DNA of 64,000 nt from Selenomonadales bacterium (GTDB taxonomy: Bacteria; Bacillota; UBA994). The translations under genes were made by a program, and so were the position numbers. The notes beneath the pieces are model-generated. The model saw only the letters and a program-made list of their open reading frames with translations, did not search any database and was not told the origin of the DNA. Numbering within the stretch: the stretch's first letter is position 1; each line of letters opens with the position of its first letter. Of the stretch, positions 40,688-51,567 are shown piece after piece. The stretch covers positions 25,189 through 89,188 of the forward strand of contig JAGXRZ010000053.1 of the NCBI GenBank assembly GCA_018335585.1, read 5' to 3'.

Positions 40688-40753
40688 ACGCGCAGGAGAA
40701 TCCCCCTGCTTAGTAGAACTAACCCCTTTGACAGATGGCAAGGGGGTTTTCGT

Positions 40754-41782
40754 GTGTGGTTTAGGGGCAAAGACATCGGCATTGACCTAGGGACAGCAAC
40801 GGTACTGGTTTATGTGCGTGGGAAGGGCATAGTACTTAATGAGCCCGCTGTCGTCGCGATTGAGCGCACGACCAACAGAGTTTTGGCCATTGGCGAAGAA
40901 GCGCGCAAGATGATTGGGCGCACGCCTGGGCATATCACGGCGGTGCGGCCGCTGCGCGAAGGTGTGATTGCTGACTTTGACATCACAGAGAAAATGCTAA
41001 AACACTTTATCCTCAAGGTGTGCGGGGCGAACCCCCTGTTTAAGCCACGCGTAGTCGTGTGCGTTCCTTCCAGTATCACTAGCGTAGAAAAGAGGGCAGT
41101 CGAGGACGCGGCTACTAACGCCGGCGCTAAGGAGTGCTACTTAATCGAAGAGCCGGTGGCGGCAGCGCTAGGAGCCGGCATAGACATATGGAAGCCGCAC
41201 GGGAGCATGGTGCTAGATATCGGCGGCGGCACGACTGATGTGGCAGTTATGTCTCTAGGCGGCGTGGTCATCAGCGACTCCGTGCGCATAGGCGGCGATA
41301 AGTTCGACGAGGCCATGGTGCGCTATGTCAAGAAGCGCTACAACCTCTTAATTGGCGAGCGTACCGCCGAAGAGATTAAGATTAACGTCGGCACGGTCTT
41401 CCCTACGGGCCGCAACGCCAGCATGGAAGTGCGGGGGCGCGACCTTGTTTCGGGGCTACCTGCTTCTGTAACCCTGACTTCACTGGAGTGCTTAGAGGCC
41501 TTTGCCGAGCCTACCAACAACATTGTGGCCTTAGTGCGCACAGTGCTCGAGCGTTGCCCGCCTGAACTTGCCGCCGACATTGTGGACAAGGGGATTATTA
41601 TGACAGGTGGCGGCTCGCTCCTAGACGGCCTAGACAGACTTATCGCCGAAGTTACGCAGGTGCCCTGCAACGTCGCCGATGACCCGGTCTCTTGCGTAGC
41701 GCATGGCACAGGCAAAGCCTTAGAGAACCTCGATGTTCTGCGCGGTGCCGTCAGCGCTTCTCACCGCGACTTGCGGAGGTAA
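40754..41782 (+). CDS. mbl: MreB-like protein Mbl
   Basis: [29 protein letters not shown]; follows spoIIID; SigH-like GCAGGA..TAGAAC at 40692-40719. Confidence 0.9.
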   Translation: MWFRGKDIGIDLGTATVLVYVRGKGIVLNEPAVVAIERTTNRVLAIGEEARKMIGRTPGHITAVRPLREGVIADFDITEKMLKHFILKVCGANPLFKPRVVVCVPSSITSVEKRAVEDAATNAGAKECYLIEEPVAAALGAGIDIWKPHGSMVLDIGGGTTDVAVMSLGGVVISDSVRIGGDKFDEAMVRYVKKRYNLLIGERTAEEIKINVGTVFPTGRNASMEVRGRDLVSGLPASVTLTSLECLEAFAEPTNNIVALVRTVLERCPPELAADIVDKGIIMTGGGSLLDGLDRLIAEVTQVPCNVADDPVSCVAHGTGKALENLDVLRGAVSASHRDLRR

Positions 41783-41787
41783 TAATC

Positions 41788-42246
41788 ATGGACAAACCAC
41801 TGGGTGCGCGCGAGATAATGGAGATAATACCGCATCGCTATCCTTTCCTCTTAGTTGACAGTATCGAATACGTAGTGCCGGGCGAGCGGGCCGTGGGCTA
41901 CAAGAACGTTACCGCTAACGAGCCCTACTTCGCGGGGCACTTCCCAAACTACCCGGTCATGCCTGGAGTACTAATAGTCGAGGCCTTAGCCCAAGTCGGG
42001 GCTGTAGCTCTGCTGTCTTTGCCCGAGAATAAGGGACGCCTAGCGTTTTTTGCCGGCATCGACGGCGTGCGCTTTCGTCGCCAAGTCTTCCCCGGCGACC
42101 GTTTGCGCTTAGAAGTGAGCATCTCATCTATGAAAATGGGTATCGGCAAGGGGGACGCAAAAGCCTACGTCGGCGAGGAGTTGGCCGTCAGCGGACAGCT
42201 GATGTTTGCCCTGGCAAAGGAGGAGTCGTCATCCGCAGAATCTTAA
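41788..42246 (+). CDS. fabZ: 3-hydroxyacyl-ACP dehydratase
   Basis: [30 protein letters not shown]; start ATG 41788. Confidence 0.95.
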   Translation: MDKPLGAREIMEIIPHRYPFLLVDSIEYVVPGERAVGYKNVTANEPYFAGHFPNYPVMPGVLIVEALAQVGAVALLSLPENKGRLAFFAGIDGVRFRRQVFPGDRLRLEVSISSMKMGIGKGDAKAYVGEELAVSGQLMFALAKEESSSAES

Positions 42247-42929
42247 TTGTCGACGATGAGGAGAACATTCGTTCCGGCCTCAGTTATGCCCTCAAGCGTG
42301 AAGGCTTCGAGGTTTTTGCGGCCGACAACGGTTCGGAAGCCGTAAGGCTTGCGCTTTCGGTTGCTCCGGACGTAATTCTGCTTGACCGCATGCTACCGGG
42401 GCTAGACGGTGTAGAAGTATGCCGTCAGATTAGAGCGCAAAGCAGCGTGCCCATCATCATGGTTACGGCGCGCGACAGCGAGCTCGACACGGTAGTCGGT
42501 CTCGAAGTAGGCGCCGACGACTACATAACCAAGCCCTTCTCGCTCAACATTCTGCTGGCGCGCATCAGAGCGGTGTTGCGCCGCGTAGAGGCAAAGACGT
42601 CTCGCGAGTCTGCAACTGAGGTTGGCATCAGCTACGGGCCATTCACCTTGTATCCCGAAAAGTATGTCGCGCTGTGCGAGGGGGTGGACCTAGAACTAAC
42701 CCCTAAGCTGTTCGAGCTGTTTCTCTTGCTGGCTAAGAGCCCGGGTCGCGTATTTACGCGCGATTTTCTCTTGGAGCGAGTCTGGGGCATCGATTATGCC
42801 GGGGAGACCCGTACGGTCGATGTGCACATCACTTGGTTGCGCAAAAAGCTAGAGCAGGACCCCAGCGAGCCGCGCTACCTCCTAACTGTGCGCGGCGTGG
42901 GCTACAAGTTAGCTGAGCTCCATGCCTAA
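42231..42929 (+). CDS. phoP: OmpR-family response regulator PhoP/PhoB (apparent ATC start)
   Basis: Frame upstream of the ORF-track start encodes the receiver N-terminus [14 protein letters not shown]...[15 protein letters not shown] 7 nt before ATC 42231; upstream of phoR and pst genes. Confidence 0.82.
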   Translation: MRRILIVDDEENIRSGLSYALKREGFEVFAADNGSEAVRLALSVAPDVILLDRMLPGLDGVEVCRQIRAQSSVPIIMVTARDSELDTVVGLEVGADDYITKPFSLNILLARIRAVLRRVEAKTSRESATEVGISYGPFTLYPEKYVALCEGVDLELTPKLFELFLLLAKSPGRVFTRDFLLERVWGIDYAGETRTVDVHITWLRKKLEQDPSEPRYLLTVRGVGYKLAELHA

Positions 42930-44631
42930 GACCTTGGCCGGGCAGTGGGTATTGCTTACGCTGGTAATCCTCACTGTTTCGCTTGCCTTTATGGGCAGTT
43001 GGCAGTTAGCACAGTATCGCCAGCTTGTTATTGGCCGTGTAACCGAGGATTTAACACGACAGGCCTATCTGGCCGAGCAGATAGTGCGAGCGGGTGCCGC
43101 CGCAACCGAGGCACAAGTCCTGGCCATGCAGGTGCGCGCCGCCACGGCAGCGGAAGTGGCACTCATCTCACCCACGGGGCTTGTACTAGCCGACACTAGG
43201 CGGGCGCCGCATACGCTTGGAAACCAGCTAGACAGACCGGAGGTAGCCCAAGCTCTCAAGGACGGCGTCGGCGTTGATACGCGTGCCGACGAGCTACACG
43301 TGGCAGTTTTATCGCGCTTCGCGGACGGCACCCCCAAAAAGATAGTTCGCCTGTCGCTCGGCCTACACGAGGTAGATGCCGCATTGGCACGCGTGCGCCT
43401 GCAAGTGACGGCGTGGGGCATCTTGGTCATCTTGCTCGTCACTGTAGTATCTATGGCCTATGTCGGAAACATCGGCGAGCTCTTGCGCGGCATGACAGCA
43501 GTCGCCGGACGCATTGCCCGCGGACAGACCTCGGAGCGCGCGTCAGCGGAAGGGCCGGAGGAGACAAGCGACCTGGCACGCTCGCTTAATGCCATGGCCG
43601 ACAGCCTGCAGCTAGAACTGCAACATGTGCAGATGTCTGCCGAGCGCTTAGGCGTGGTGCTCGGCTCAACGCGTGACGGCGTAGTGCTTATCGACAAGCA
43701 AGAGAACATCGAGCTACTTAACGCCGCCGCCGAGGCTATGCTCGGGTTTAAGGCAGCCGCTGCCGTGGGGACGCGCGACTCTCTGCTCGAGCGGTACCCA
43801 GACCTCGCCTCGCTCCTCAGGCAGGCGCGCCGGGATCGCATCGCCGTAAACCGGCGCGTGTCGCTTAGCGGCACGGGTGCCGGCGTAGTGCGCGCCGCAG
43901 TAGTGCCGCTCGTATCCGGGCGTATTCTCATCACGCTGCAGGATTTGACCGAGGTGTACCGCGCGGTAGACGTGCGGCGCGATTTTGTGGCTAATGTCTC
44001 GCACGAGTTGCGCACGCCGCTTACGGCCCTAGCGATTATGGTCGAAAATCTCCTGCGCGGGGCAATCGACGAGCGGGAAGTAGCAGTGGATTTTTTGCGG
44101 CGTATGGCAGGGGAAATAGACCGGCTCACGAAAATGGTAGTTGAGCTCTTATTGCTTTCGCGCCTTGAGAACGAACGCGAGCAGTTAATTAAGAGCGAGT
44201 TTCAGGTAAGCGAGTTAATCGCAGAAGTTATTGAAGACCTGCGCGGGCTCTTTGCAGGCAAAGAGCAGCGCATAAAGCATGTCGCGCGGCCAACCGTAGT
44301 CCACGCCGACCGGGCAAAGCTTAAGCAGGTGTTTATTAATCTGCTGGACAACGCCATAAAGTTTTCTCCCGCCGGAAGCGCAATTACGGTAGAGGTAGAA
44401 GAGCTGGCCTCCGGCGTGAAAGTGGCGGTTAAGGACGAAGGTCCGGGCATTCCCGTGGAGCATCTGCCGCGCGTCTACGAGCGCTTCTTTAAGGGGTCCG
44501 CGGCGCGGGGCGGGGGCACCGGGCTTGGCTTAGCCATCGTCAAACACATCATAGAAGCCCACGGTGGGACAGTGGCGGTAGAGAGCAAGACCGTCGGGGG
44601 AGCGACGTTTGTTTTTGTCTTGCCTTTTTAA
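42922..44631 (+). CDS. phoR: Sensor histidine kinase PhoR (HAMP-PAS-HisKA-HATPase)
   Basis: DRPEVAQAL, VRRDFVANVSHELRTPL, GGTGLGLAIVKH. Confidence 0.88.
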   Translation: MPKTLAGQWVLLTLVILTVSLAFMGSWQLAQYRQLVIGRVTEDLTRQAYLAEQIVRAGAAATEAQVLAMQVRAATAAEVALISPTGLVLADTRRAPHTLGNQLDRPEVAQALKDGVGVDTRADELHVAVLSRFADGTPKKIVRLSLGLHEVDAALARVRLQVTAWGILVILLVTVVSMAYVGNIGELLRGMTAVAGRIARGQTSERASAEGPEETSDLARSLNAMADSLQLELQHVQMSAERLGVVLGSTRDGVVLIDKQENIELLNAAAEAMLGFKAAAAVGTRDSLLERYPDLASLLRQARRDRIAVNRRVSLSGTGAGVVRAAVVPLVSGRILITLQDLTEVYRAVDVRRDFVANVSHELRTPLTALAIMVENLLRGAIDEREVAVDFLRRMAGEIDRLTKMVVELLLLSRLENEREQLIKSEFQVSELIAEVIEDLRGLFAGKEQRIKHVARPTVVHADRAKLKQVFINLLDNAIKFSPAGSAITVEVEELASGVKVAVKDEGPGIPVEHLPRVYERFFKGSAARGGGTGLGLAIVKHIIEAHGGTVAVESKTVGGATFVFVLPF

Positions 44632-44645
44632 CATTGTTTTAACAC
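44627..44645 (+). promoter_or_regulatory. Pho box
   Basis: TTAACA direct repeat at 44628 and 44639 (11-bp period) upstream of pstS. Confidence 0.7.
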
Positions 44646-44723
44646 TATCTTGTCCTTATCTTAGTGTGCGCGCAGTATGCTTCCCCCTGTGCGCATTAAC
44701 AAATAGGCACGAGGAGGATTACC

Positions 44724-45554
44724 GTGAAGAAGCTTCTATTAGTAGTTTTGGCGTTCGCTGTTGCTTTGGTTGCCATAGGCTGTCAGCGCGAAAAGACCGT
44801 AATCGACGTTAACGGCTCCGACACCATGGTAAATATGGGGGCAGCGCTAGCCGAAGAGTTTATGAAGGCTAACCGCAACGTCGAAGTTGTAGTCTCCGGC
44901 GGTGGTTCCGGTACCGGTATTGCAGCCCTAATCGACGGCAAAGCCGACATTGCGCAGTCTTCGCGCGATATTAGGGAGAGCGAACGTACCAAGGCGCAAG
45001 CGCGCGGCACACTGCACGAGATTATCGTAGCCTGGGACGGTTTGGCGATTGCCGTACACCCCTCTAACCCGGTCAAAGAGCTAACCATGGGCCAGTTGGC
45101 AGCAATTTATAAAGGCGAAATCACCAACTGGAAGCAGGTTGGCGGCAACGATGCAGCCATCGTCCTGTTATCACGTGATACTACGTCCGGTACACACGTC
45201 TTCTTTAAGGAATTTGTGCTTGATAAGGCCGAGTTTGCTCCCGCCACGATGATGATGCCTTCTACCGAGGCCATCGTGCAGGAATTAGCGCAAAACCAAA
45301 ACGCTATCGGCTACATTGGGCTTGGCTATGTTCGCCCAACCGTCTCAATTCTTGGCATTAAGGCGGACGAGGCCTCCCCGGCAGTAGTAGCTTCGATTGA
45401 AGCCGTGCTGGATCGCTCGTACACCTTAGCTCGCCCCCTGTTCTTCTACGTCATCGGCGATATCACCGGCGACCTCAAAAAGTTCATCGACTTTGTAGTC
45501 GGCGCTGACGGGCAAAAAATCGTGCGCGACTTAGGCTTCGTGCCGGTTAACTAA
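44724..45554 (+). CDS. pstS: Phosphate-binding lipoprotein
   Basis: Lipobox AIGC, GSDT, GGGSGTG, SRDxxSGT. Confidence 0.93.
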   Translation: MKKLLLVVLAFAVALVAIGCQREKTVIDVNGSDTMVNMGAALAEEFMKANRNVEVVVSGGGSGTGIAALIDGKADIAQSSRDIRESERTKAQARGTLHEIIVAWDGLAIAVHPSNPVKELTMGQLAAIYKGEITNWKQVGGNDAAIVLLSRDTTSGTHVFFKEFVLDKAEFAPATMMMPSTEAIVQELAQNQNAIGYIGLGYVRPTVSILGIKADEASPAVVASIEAVLDRSYTLARPLFFYVIGDITGDLKKFIDFVVGADGQKIVRDLGFVPVN

Positions 45555-45577
45555 AGCAATATCTAGGAGGGTCGGCT

Positions 45578-46435
45578 GTGCCGTACCAACAGAAGCTAGT
45601 CACCTTGGCGGGATACACTGTCCTGCTCTTGACCGCCGCGATATTTCTGTTCGTTGCGGCACAGGCGTGGCCGTTCTTTCGGGAACAGGTTGATCTCAGT
45701 TTCTTTACTGGAGACCGGTGGTTACCGGTCTCCACTCCGCCTTCTTTTCAGATTCGCGGCTTTCTTGTCAGCTCGCTGATGATTACGTCCATGGCCATCG
45801 TAGTCGGTTGCCCGATTGGCATTCTCTCGGCCGTAAGTCTAGCCGAGCTACTGCCGCGCCACGTTAGCGTGCTCTTGCGCTCCGTGTTCGAAATGACGGC
45901 CGGCATCCCTTCGGTAGTATGGGGATTTTTAGGGCTGACAGTGATTGCGCCGTTCGTGGCACGTGTCTTTAACTTGAACACGGGGCTAACCGGGTTTTCG
46001 GCCGGACTGGTCTTGAGCATAATGGTCTTGCCCACCTTGGTTAGCCTTGCGGACGAGGCGCTGCGGGCCGTGCCCCGCGAGTATGCCGAAGCGTCCTACG
46101 CTTTGGGCGCAACGCGTTGGCAGACCATTTGGCGCGTTATTGTCCCCGCTGCGCGGAGCGGCATTATCGCGGCCGTGTTACTGGCCATGGGGCGAGCCAT
46201 CGGTGAAACGATGACCGTCCTGATGGTCGCCGGGGGAAGGCTCACGACGCCGGGCAGCATCTTCGAGCCGATGCGCCCGATAACAGCCCTTATTGCCGCC
46301 GAGGTCACTAATGCGGCGCGCCACAGCGAGCAGTACCACGCCCTCTTTGCCGCCGGGCTCGTGCTGTTTGCCATCACCCTTGCGGTTAACGCCATTGCCG
46401 CCGCAGTAATCGTCGGCAGGAAGGGAGCGGCTTAA
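45578..46435 (+). CDS. pstC: Phosphate ABC permease
   Basis: [28 protein letters not shown]. Confidence 0.93.
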   Translation: MPYQQKLVTLAGYTVLLLTAAIFLFVAAQAWPFFREQVDLSFFTGDRWLPVSTPPSFQIRGFLVSSLMITSMAIVVGCPIGILSAVSLAELLPRHVSVLLRSVFEMTAGIPSVVWGFLGLTVIAPFVARVFNLNTGLTGFSAGLVLSIMVLPTLVSLADEALRAVPREYAEASYALGATRWQTIWRVIVPAARSGIIAAVLLAMGRAIGETMTVLMVAGGRLTTPGSIFEPMRPITALIAAEVTNAARHSEQYHALFAAGLVLFAITLAVNAIAAAVIVGRKGAA

Positions 46436-46436
46436 G

Positions 46437-47276
46437 ATGCGGCAAGCATACACCCTGCCAGAGCTGTTCCTACTTGGCGCCCTAGGCTTAGCGCTCTTGC
46501 CACCCCTAGCGGCAGTGCTCTACATCTTCATCCGCGCTGCCGGCGGCATTTCGCTGGAGTTTATCTTTGCTATGCCTGCACAGCGCGGCATTACCGGGGG
46601 CATACTGCCGGCGATAGTTGGGACATTGTGGCTGCTCTTTGGGACGACGCTCATCGTGTTACCCGTCGGCGTAGGGGCTGGCGTTTACCTTGCGGAGTTT
46701 GCGCCACGCAACCGCCTCACGAACCTGCTGGAAATGGCCCTCATCAACCTCGCGGGCGTGCCTTCGGTCGTGTTTGGCTTGTTTGGCTATGCGCTCTTTG
46801 TGCTTATCCTAGGCTTCGGCTCGTCGCTCTTGTCGGCCTCCCTTACCTTATCTGCGCTTACGCTTCCCTTGGTCGTAACCGCAACGCGTGAAGCGCTGCA
46901 CGGCGTGCCGGGGTCGTTTCGCGAAGCGTCCCTAGCGTTAGGAGCCACCCGCTGGCAGGCTGTGTCGACTGTGACCCTACCTTGCGCCCGAAGCGGTATC
47001 CTTACGGGAACATTGCTGGCTTTGTCGCGCGCTGCGGGCGATACCGCCACTATATTGATTACCGGCGCGGCGTTCTTTTTGCCACGGCTCCCTACTTCGT
47101 TCACGAGCCGATTTATGGCGTTGCCCTATCACCTGTACATTTCGGCGACCCAGCTTCCCGGTATGCCGCCCGAGCGCATCTGGGCCACGGCCGGGGTATT
47201 GTTATCCATAGTGCTGATTATGCAGGTTAGTGCGACCCTGTGGCGGGAGAGGGAAAGGAGACTTAAGAAGTGGTAG
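46437..47276 (+). CDS. pstA: Phosphate ABC permease
   Basis: [26 protein letters not shown]. Confidence 0.92.
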   Translation: MRQAYTLPELFLLGALGLALLPPLAAVLYIFIRAAGGISLEFIFAMPAQRGITGGILPAIVGTLWLLFGTTLIVLPVGVGAGVYLAEFAPRNRLTNLLEMALINLAGVPSVVFGLFGYALFVLILGFGSSLLSASLTLSALTLPLVVTATREALHGVPGSFREASLALGATRWQAVSTVTLPCARSGILTGTLLALSRAAGDTATILITGAAFFLPRLPTSFTSRFMALPYHLYISATQLPGMPPERIWATAGVLLSIVLIMQVSATLWRERERRLKKW

Positions 47277-48034
47277 AGAACATGCATAAAGTTAGTCTTA
47301 AGGACGTATCGATTTTCTACGGCAAGCTGCATGTCGTAAAGCACGTGTCAGCCGATTTTCCCGAGAAGGAAATCACAGCAATTATTGGGCCTTCCGGCTC
47401 CGGCAAATCCACACTTTTGCGCTCGCTTAATCGCATGAATGACCACATCAGCGGCATGCGCATCACGGGCGAAGCCATAATTGACGGCCAGAATATTTAT
47501 GCTAACGGGGTAGACGTCGTGGCGCTGCGCCGCAAAGTAGGCATGGTGTTTCAGCGTCCGAATCCCTTTCCTAAGAGCATCTACGAGAATGTGGCCTACG
47601 GACCTAAGCTGCAGGGCTTGCGCAGTAAGGCCGATCTCGATATTATAGTTGAAAACTCTTTGCGCCAAGCTGCACTCTGGGAAGAAGTCAAAGACAGGCT
47701 GCATGTCTCCGGCTTTGACCTCTCCGGCGGCCAGCAACAGCGCCTGTGTATTGCCAGGTCGCTTGCCGTAGGGCCCGAAATTCTCCTTATGGATGAACCG
47801 GCTTCCGCGCTTGACCCTGCAGCTACCGCCAAGATTGAGGAGCTTATGCTTACGCTTAAGCGAACGCTCACAGTCATCGTAGTTACGCACAACATGCAGC
47901 AGGCGGCAAGAGTATCGGATCGCACGGCGTTTCTCCTAGGCGGGGAACTCGTAGAATATGATGCCACCAGGAAGATTTTTACTACACCACAAGATAGGCG
48001 CACCGACGATTACATCAGTGGGAAAATGGGATAG
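47270..48034 (+). CDS. pstB: Phosphate ABC ATPase
   Basis: [29 protein letters not shown]. Confidence 0.96.
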   Translation: MVENMHKVSLKDVSIFYGKLHVVKHVSADFPEKEITAIIGPSGSGKSTLLRSLNRMNDHISGMRITGEAIIDGQNIYANGVDVVALRRKVGMVFQRPNPFPKSIYENVAYGPKLQGLRSKADLDIIVENSLRQAALWEEVKDRLHVSGFDLSGGQQQRLCIARSLAVGPEILLMDEPASALDPAATAKIEELMLTLKRTLTVIVVTHNMQQAARVSDRTAFLLGGELVEYDATRKIFTTPQDRRTDDYISGKMG

Positions 48035-48046
48035 GGAGGTTCTGCC

Positions 48047-48697
48047 ATGCTACGTCAAAGTTTTCAAAAGGAGCTAGACGACCTCCATGCGCGGCTATTA
48101 GCCATGGGTGGGCGCATCGAGCAAATGCTGCATCTTGCCCTCGAGGCCCTGCGGACGGGCAATGAGCAGGCGGCTAACCAGGTCGAGGAAATGGAGCTTG
48201 TCATCGACGAGATGGCGGCCGAGATTGATGCGGTGGCTATCGAATTAATCGCCAAACAGCAGCCTGTCGGACAGGACCTCAGGCGCATTATTGGAGCTAT
48301 GCGCTTAGCTGTAGACATGGAGCGGGTCGCCGACATCTCGACTAACATTGTCGAGCAATCTCGCCTTTTGCCGCGGCCTCTCATTAAGCCGCTTATTGAT
48401 ATTCCTAAGATGGTAGACGTAGCCGCGGGTATGCTGCAGGACTCACTCAATGCCCTGATTAATTCGGACGTCAACCTCGCCATTGATGTCTGGAAACGCG
48501 ACGATATCGTCGACGAGCTATGCGATCGCATTATTGTCGAGTTGCGCGGGATGATGACCGCCGACGGCTCAATCGTGCCGAAAGCCTTGCCGCTCCTTAT
48601 TATTGCCATTCAAATCGAGCGCATTGCCGACCATGCTACAAACCTAGCGGAATCCGTTATGTTTATCGCTACCGGGAAGCGCGTAGTCACACTTTAA
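48047..48697 (+). CDS. phoU: Phosphate uptake regulator
   Basis: QQPVxxDLR, ERVAD, ERIADHATN. Confidence 0.93.
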   Translation: MLRQSFQKELDDLHARLLAMGGRIEQMLHLALEALRTGNEQAANQVEEMELVIDEMAAEIDAVAIELIAKQQPVGQDLRRIIGAMRLAVDMERVADISTNIVEQSRLLPRPLIKPLIDIPKMVDVAAGMLQDSLNALINSDVNLAIDVWKRDDIVDELCDRIIVELRGMMTADGSIVPKALPLLIIAIQIERIADHATNLAESVMFIATGKRVVTL

Positions 48698-48738
48698 GTC
48701 TCAGATTTTGTTGCAGATTCTCTGCCTATAATGTAAGG

Positions 48739-48781
48739 TAGACGACGGGTAAAGCAAGCACCCGTCGTCTATTGTTTTTTT
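48739..48781 (+). terminator. Intrinsic terminator after the pst operon
   Basis: TAGACGACGGGT...ACCCGTCGTCTA followed by a T tract. Confidence 0.75.
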
Positions 48782-48808
48782 GCAGGATAGGCCGGGCAGA
48801 AAGCGAAT
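48782..48808 (+). promoter_or_regulatory. SigH-like promoter (udk-tdk)
   Basis: GCAGGA-N15-GCGAAT. Confidence 0.55.
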
Positions 48809-48830
48809 TAGAAACTAAGAGGTGTGTAAC

Positions 48831-49463
48831 ATGCCATACATCGTGGGTATAGCGGGCGGCACCGGTTCGGGAAAATCTACGTTGGCGGAGCGCATGATAA
48901 CCGGTTTTGTCGGGCAGGCGCTCCTGATCCGCCACGATAACTACTACCGTGACCAATCTCACCGTTCCATGGAAGAGCGCATTGTCCAGAACTACGACCA
49001 CCCGGAAGCATTTGAAGATACGCTGCTGACGGCGCACCTCAGCGCACTGCGCGAGGGCAGGTCGGTCTTTGGCCCGCTCTATGACTTTTCTACCCACACC
49101 CGCAGCGAAAAAAAGCAGCTGCTTGAGCCGCGTGACTTAATTGTGGTAGAAGGGATTTTGGCCTTGCACAATCCCGCCCTGCGTTCTCTCTATGACCTTA
49201 AGGTCTTCGTGGACACCGACGCGGATGTGCGCGTGTTGCGCAGATTAACGCGCGACATGATGGAACGCAGCCGCAGTATGGAGTCAGTAATCGACCAGTA
49301 TCTATCTACTGTTAAGCCCATGCATGAGCAGTACGTCGAACCCAGTAAGAGATATGCGGATGTAATTATCCCCGAGGGAGGCCTTAACCCCGCTGCGTTG
49401 GCGTTAATAGCTTCGCGGCTGCGTCACGCGCTAGAAGCAGCTGCCACCATGCGGGGTGATTAG
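48831..49463 (+). CDS. udk: Uridine kinase
   Basis: GIAGGTGSGKST, NYDHP, VKPMHEQYVEPSK. Confidence 0.94.
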   Translation: MPYIVGIAGGTGSGKSTLAERMITGFVGQALLIRHDNYYRDQSHRSMEERIVQNYDHPEAFEDTLLTAHLSALREGRSVFGPLYDFSTHTRSEKKQLLEPRDLIVVEGILALHNPALRSLYDLKVFVDTDADVRVLRRLTRDMMERSRSMESVIDQYLSTVKPMHEQYVEPSKRYADVIIPEGGLNPAALALIASRLRHALEAAATMRGD

Positions 49464-49497
49464 AGGGAAGCACAAGGATTAGACAGGGGGATGCAGC

Positions 49498-50061
49498 ATG
49501 AAAGGTTATCTCGAAGTAATCTGCGGCGGCATGTACAGCGGTAAGTCCAGTGAACTTATCCGCCGCGTCAATCGCGCTAAGTACGCGCGCAAGCAAGTGC
49601 AGCTCTTTAAGCCTACGCTTGACGGTCGCTACCACGCCACGCAGGTTGTCGCGCACGACAACCGCAACCACGCGGCCCAGGCAGTGGCCAACGCGGCGGA
49701 GATACTGGCACTGGTCGACGCTAGCACTGATGTAGTCGCAATTGACGAGATTCAGTTCTTCGCCGCAGACGAAACGGTTAAAGTCGTACACGAACTTATG
49801 TTGCGTGGGAAGAAGGTCATCGTCGCGGGGTTAGACCTAGACTTCGCGGGCAGACCCTTTGGGGCCATTCCGCACCTTTTGGCCGTAGCAGACGAAATCG
49901 ACAAGCTGCGCGCTATCTGCATTAAGTGCGGTAACAAGGCCTATATCAGTCAGCGTCTAGTTAACGGCGAGCCTGCCTCGCTGCGCGACCCACAAATCCA
50001 GGTCGGCGGAGTAGAGGCCTACGAAGCGCGCTGTCGGGCCTGCTGGGAAGTTAAGGACTGA
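49498..50061 (+). CDS. tdk: Thymidine kinase
   Basis: GxMYSGKS, IDEIQFF, AGLDLDF, YEARCRAC. Confidence 0.95.
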   Translation: MKGYLEVICGGMYSGKSSELIRRVNRAKYARKQVQLFKPTLDGRYHATQVVAHDNRNHAAQAVANAAEILALVDASTDVVAIDEIQFFAADETVKVVHELMLRGKKVIVAGLDLDFAGRPFGAIPHLLAVADEIDKLRAICIKCGNKAYISQRLVNGEPASLRDPQIQVGGVEAYEARCRACWEVKD

Positions 50062-50744
50062 CCGGCCGTAAGCTGCATCTTCCACTGTCTGCACAGGGCA
50101 TCTACACAAAGTACCATAGCTACAATTCCCGCCAAAATTACCCCGACGTTTGGCCAGAGCTGAAACTGAATGTTGGCGTACAGCAGCTCGCCGATGCCGC
50201 CGGCACCGACTAATCCTAACACTGTAGCTAGGCGGATGTTCGTCTCTAGGCAGGTGAGGCTTCGGTCAAGCAGATTCGCCGAATTGCCCGTAGCAAAGCG
50301 GCCTAGCGAATAGAGCGTGAGGGCTGTAAGTCCGGCTGTCGGGCCGGCCCCTAAGCCACGCACGAGCACGAGGGCCCACACCAAGGCGTGAACTGCCCCT
50401 ACCCCGCGAAGACACATATGTATCACGCGACTCACACTAGGCGGCAGGACGACGCTCGCACGCACCCAGCCGCTAAGTATAACCGCCCCCGTCGCTATCG
50501 CCGTGCTGAGCAGCGCAATCAGCAGACTCTCGCTCAGCTCGCCGCTGATGCGCCCGAAATAGCCAAAGTTAGGCGGGAACATTTGCATAACGACGCCCAA
50601 CATGGCGCGCGGGCCATCTGCAAGCTGGGCCCATCCGCCTGTAAATCCGGCACCGCCCCAGCGCAGCCCAATCAGCATAGCGCCTACTGTCAGGGCTATC
50701 AGTCCATGGCGTTTGAGTAACGACAGCAGGTTTCCCAAGCACAT
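50019..50744 (-). CDS. Orphan, internally shortened PhnE-like permease (possibly degenerate)
   Basis: MFPP, LVWALVLV..GxGP, ETNIRLATVLGLVGAGGIG; the EAA-loop region appears missing; no phnC/phnD nearby. Confidence 0.55.
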   Translation of the reverse strand: MCLGNLLSLLKRHGLIALTVGAMLIGLRWGGAGFTGGWAQLADGPRAMLGVVMQMFPPNFGYFGRISGELSESLLIALLSTAIATGAVILSGWVRASVVLPPSVSRVIHMCLRGVGAVHALVWALVLVRGLGAGPTAGLTALTLYSLGRFATGNSANLLDRSLTCLETNIRLATVLGLVGAGGIGELLYANIQFQLWPNVGVILAGIVAMVLCVDALCRQWKMQLTAGQSLTSQQARQRAS

Positions 50745-50798
50745 CTCTCCTCGATCGTGGCCTGCGCACAACTCTAGCTCTGCGCAGTAGCAGAATAA

Positions 50799-51446
50799 CT
50801 ACTGAGTTTTGATATTTACGAGTGCATGAGTCACTATCGACACCCATAACCTTCCGGTGCCGAGGCTAAGGGCGCTTTTGTCATTTTGTGGAGCGTACAA
50901 TAAGCAAAGGAGAAGTCCACTCACAAATGCCTGCAAAAAGTTGTCGTGGCGCAAACCGAAAATGACCGTACTAAGCAATATCGCCGGCCATCTCTTCGGC
51001 ATATATTCCGACAATCTGCGGAGCAGGAAGCCTCTAAATAGCAGTTCCTCGGCCAGAGGAACTGTGACCACGCTGGTGAACATGTCGGACTGCATTGGAA
51101 GAAACAGCATGTTGAGCTTGTTCAGGCCTCCGTCAAACAAAAGTCTAATCAAAAAGCCTACCGGCACAATAATACCCATGGGAAGTGTCTTGCGTGAATC
51201 GTTGGTGCCCCACAGCCAGACACTCCCCCATGATCTGCGTCTATAGACAAGCAGGACATAGGCGATAACAAACACACCATGTAAGGTTCGCGTCACATTA
51301 TTGGCAAAAGTAAGGTTAGTTAGTTCAGGCAATCTAGGAACTAATGCCATGCAGGCCAACGGAATGATAACCGCACCAACGACGCTTATGAGTATGTACT
51401 CGCCAATAACTAATAGAATGTTATGCAAGCTATTTCTTTGTAGCAT
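50799..51446 (-). CDS. CPBP (CAAX/Abi) intramembrane metalloprotease
   Basis: EELLFRG, FGLRH, HALVN motifs. Confidence 0.85.
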   Translation of the reverse strand: MLQRNSLHNILLVIGEYILISVVGAVIIPLACMALVPRLPELTNLTFANNVTRTLHGVFVIAYVLLVYRRRSWGSVWLWGTNDSRKTLPMGIIVPVGFLIRLLFDGGLNKLNMLFLPMQSDMFTSVVTVPLAEELLFRGFLLRRLSEYMPKRWPAILLSTVIFGLRHDNFLQAFVSGLLLCLLYAPQNDKSALSLGTGRLWVSIVTHALVNIKTQ

Positions 51447-51567
51447 GTCGTCCCCCTATATAACAGCGCTACCTAATTTAGTATATCAAGCTCCGGACGG
51501 TAACACAAGGCAAGCGCGACACTCTTCTCTCACTCCTCCGTCTAGACAAACGAAGGGGTGATTTTTC

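Noticed and set aside
48727..48781. Small RNA or pyrimidine attenuator (TATAAT followed by a terminator) before udk
   Set aside because: No acceptable -35 at 17 bp; the hairpin is adequately explained as the pst operon terminator
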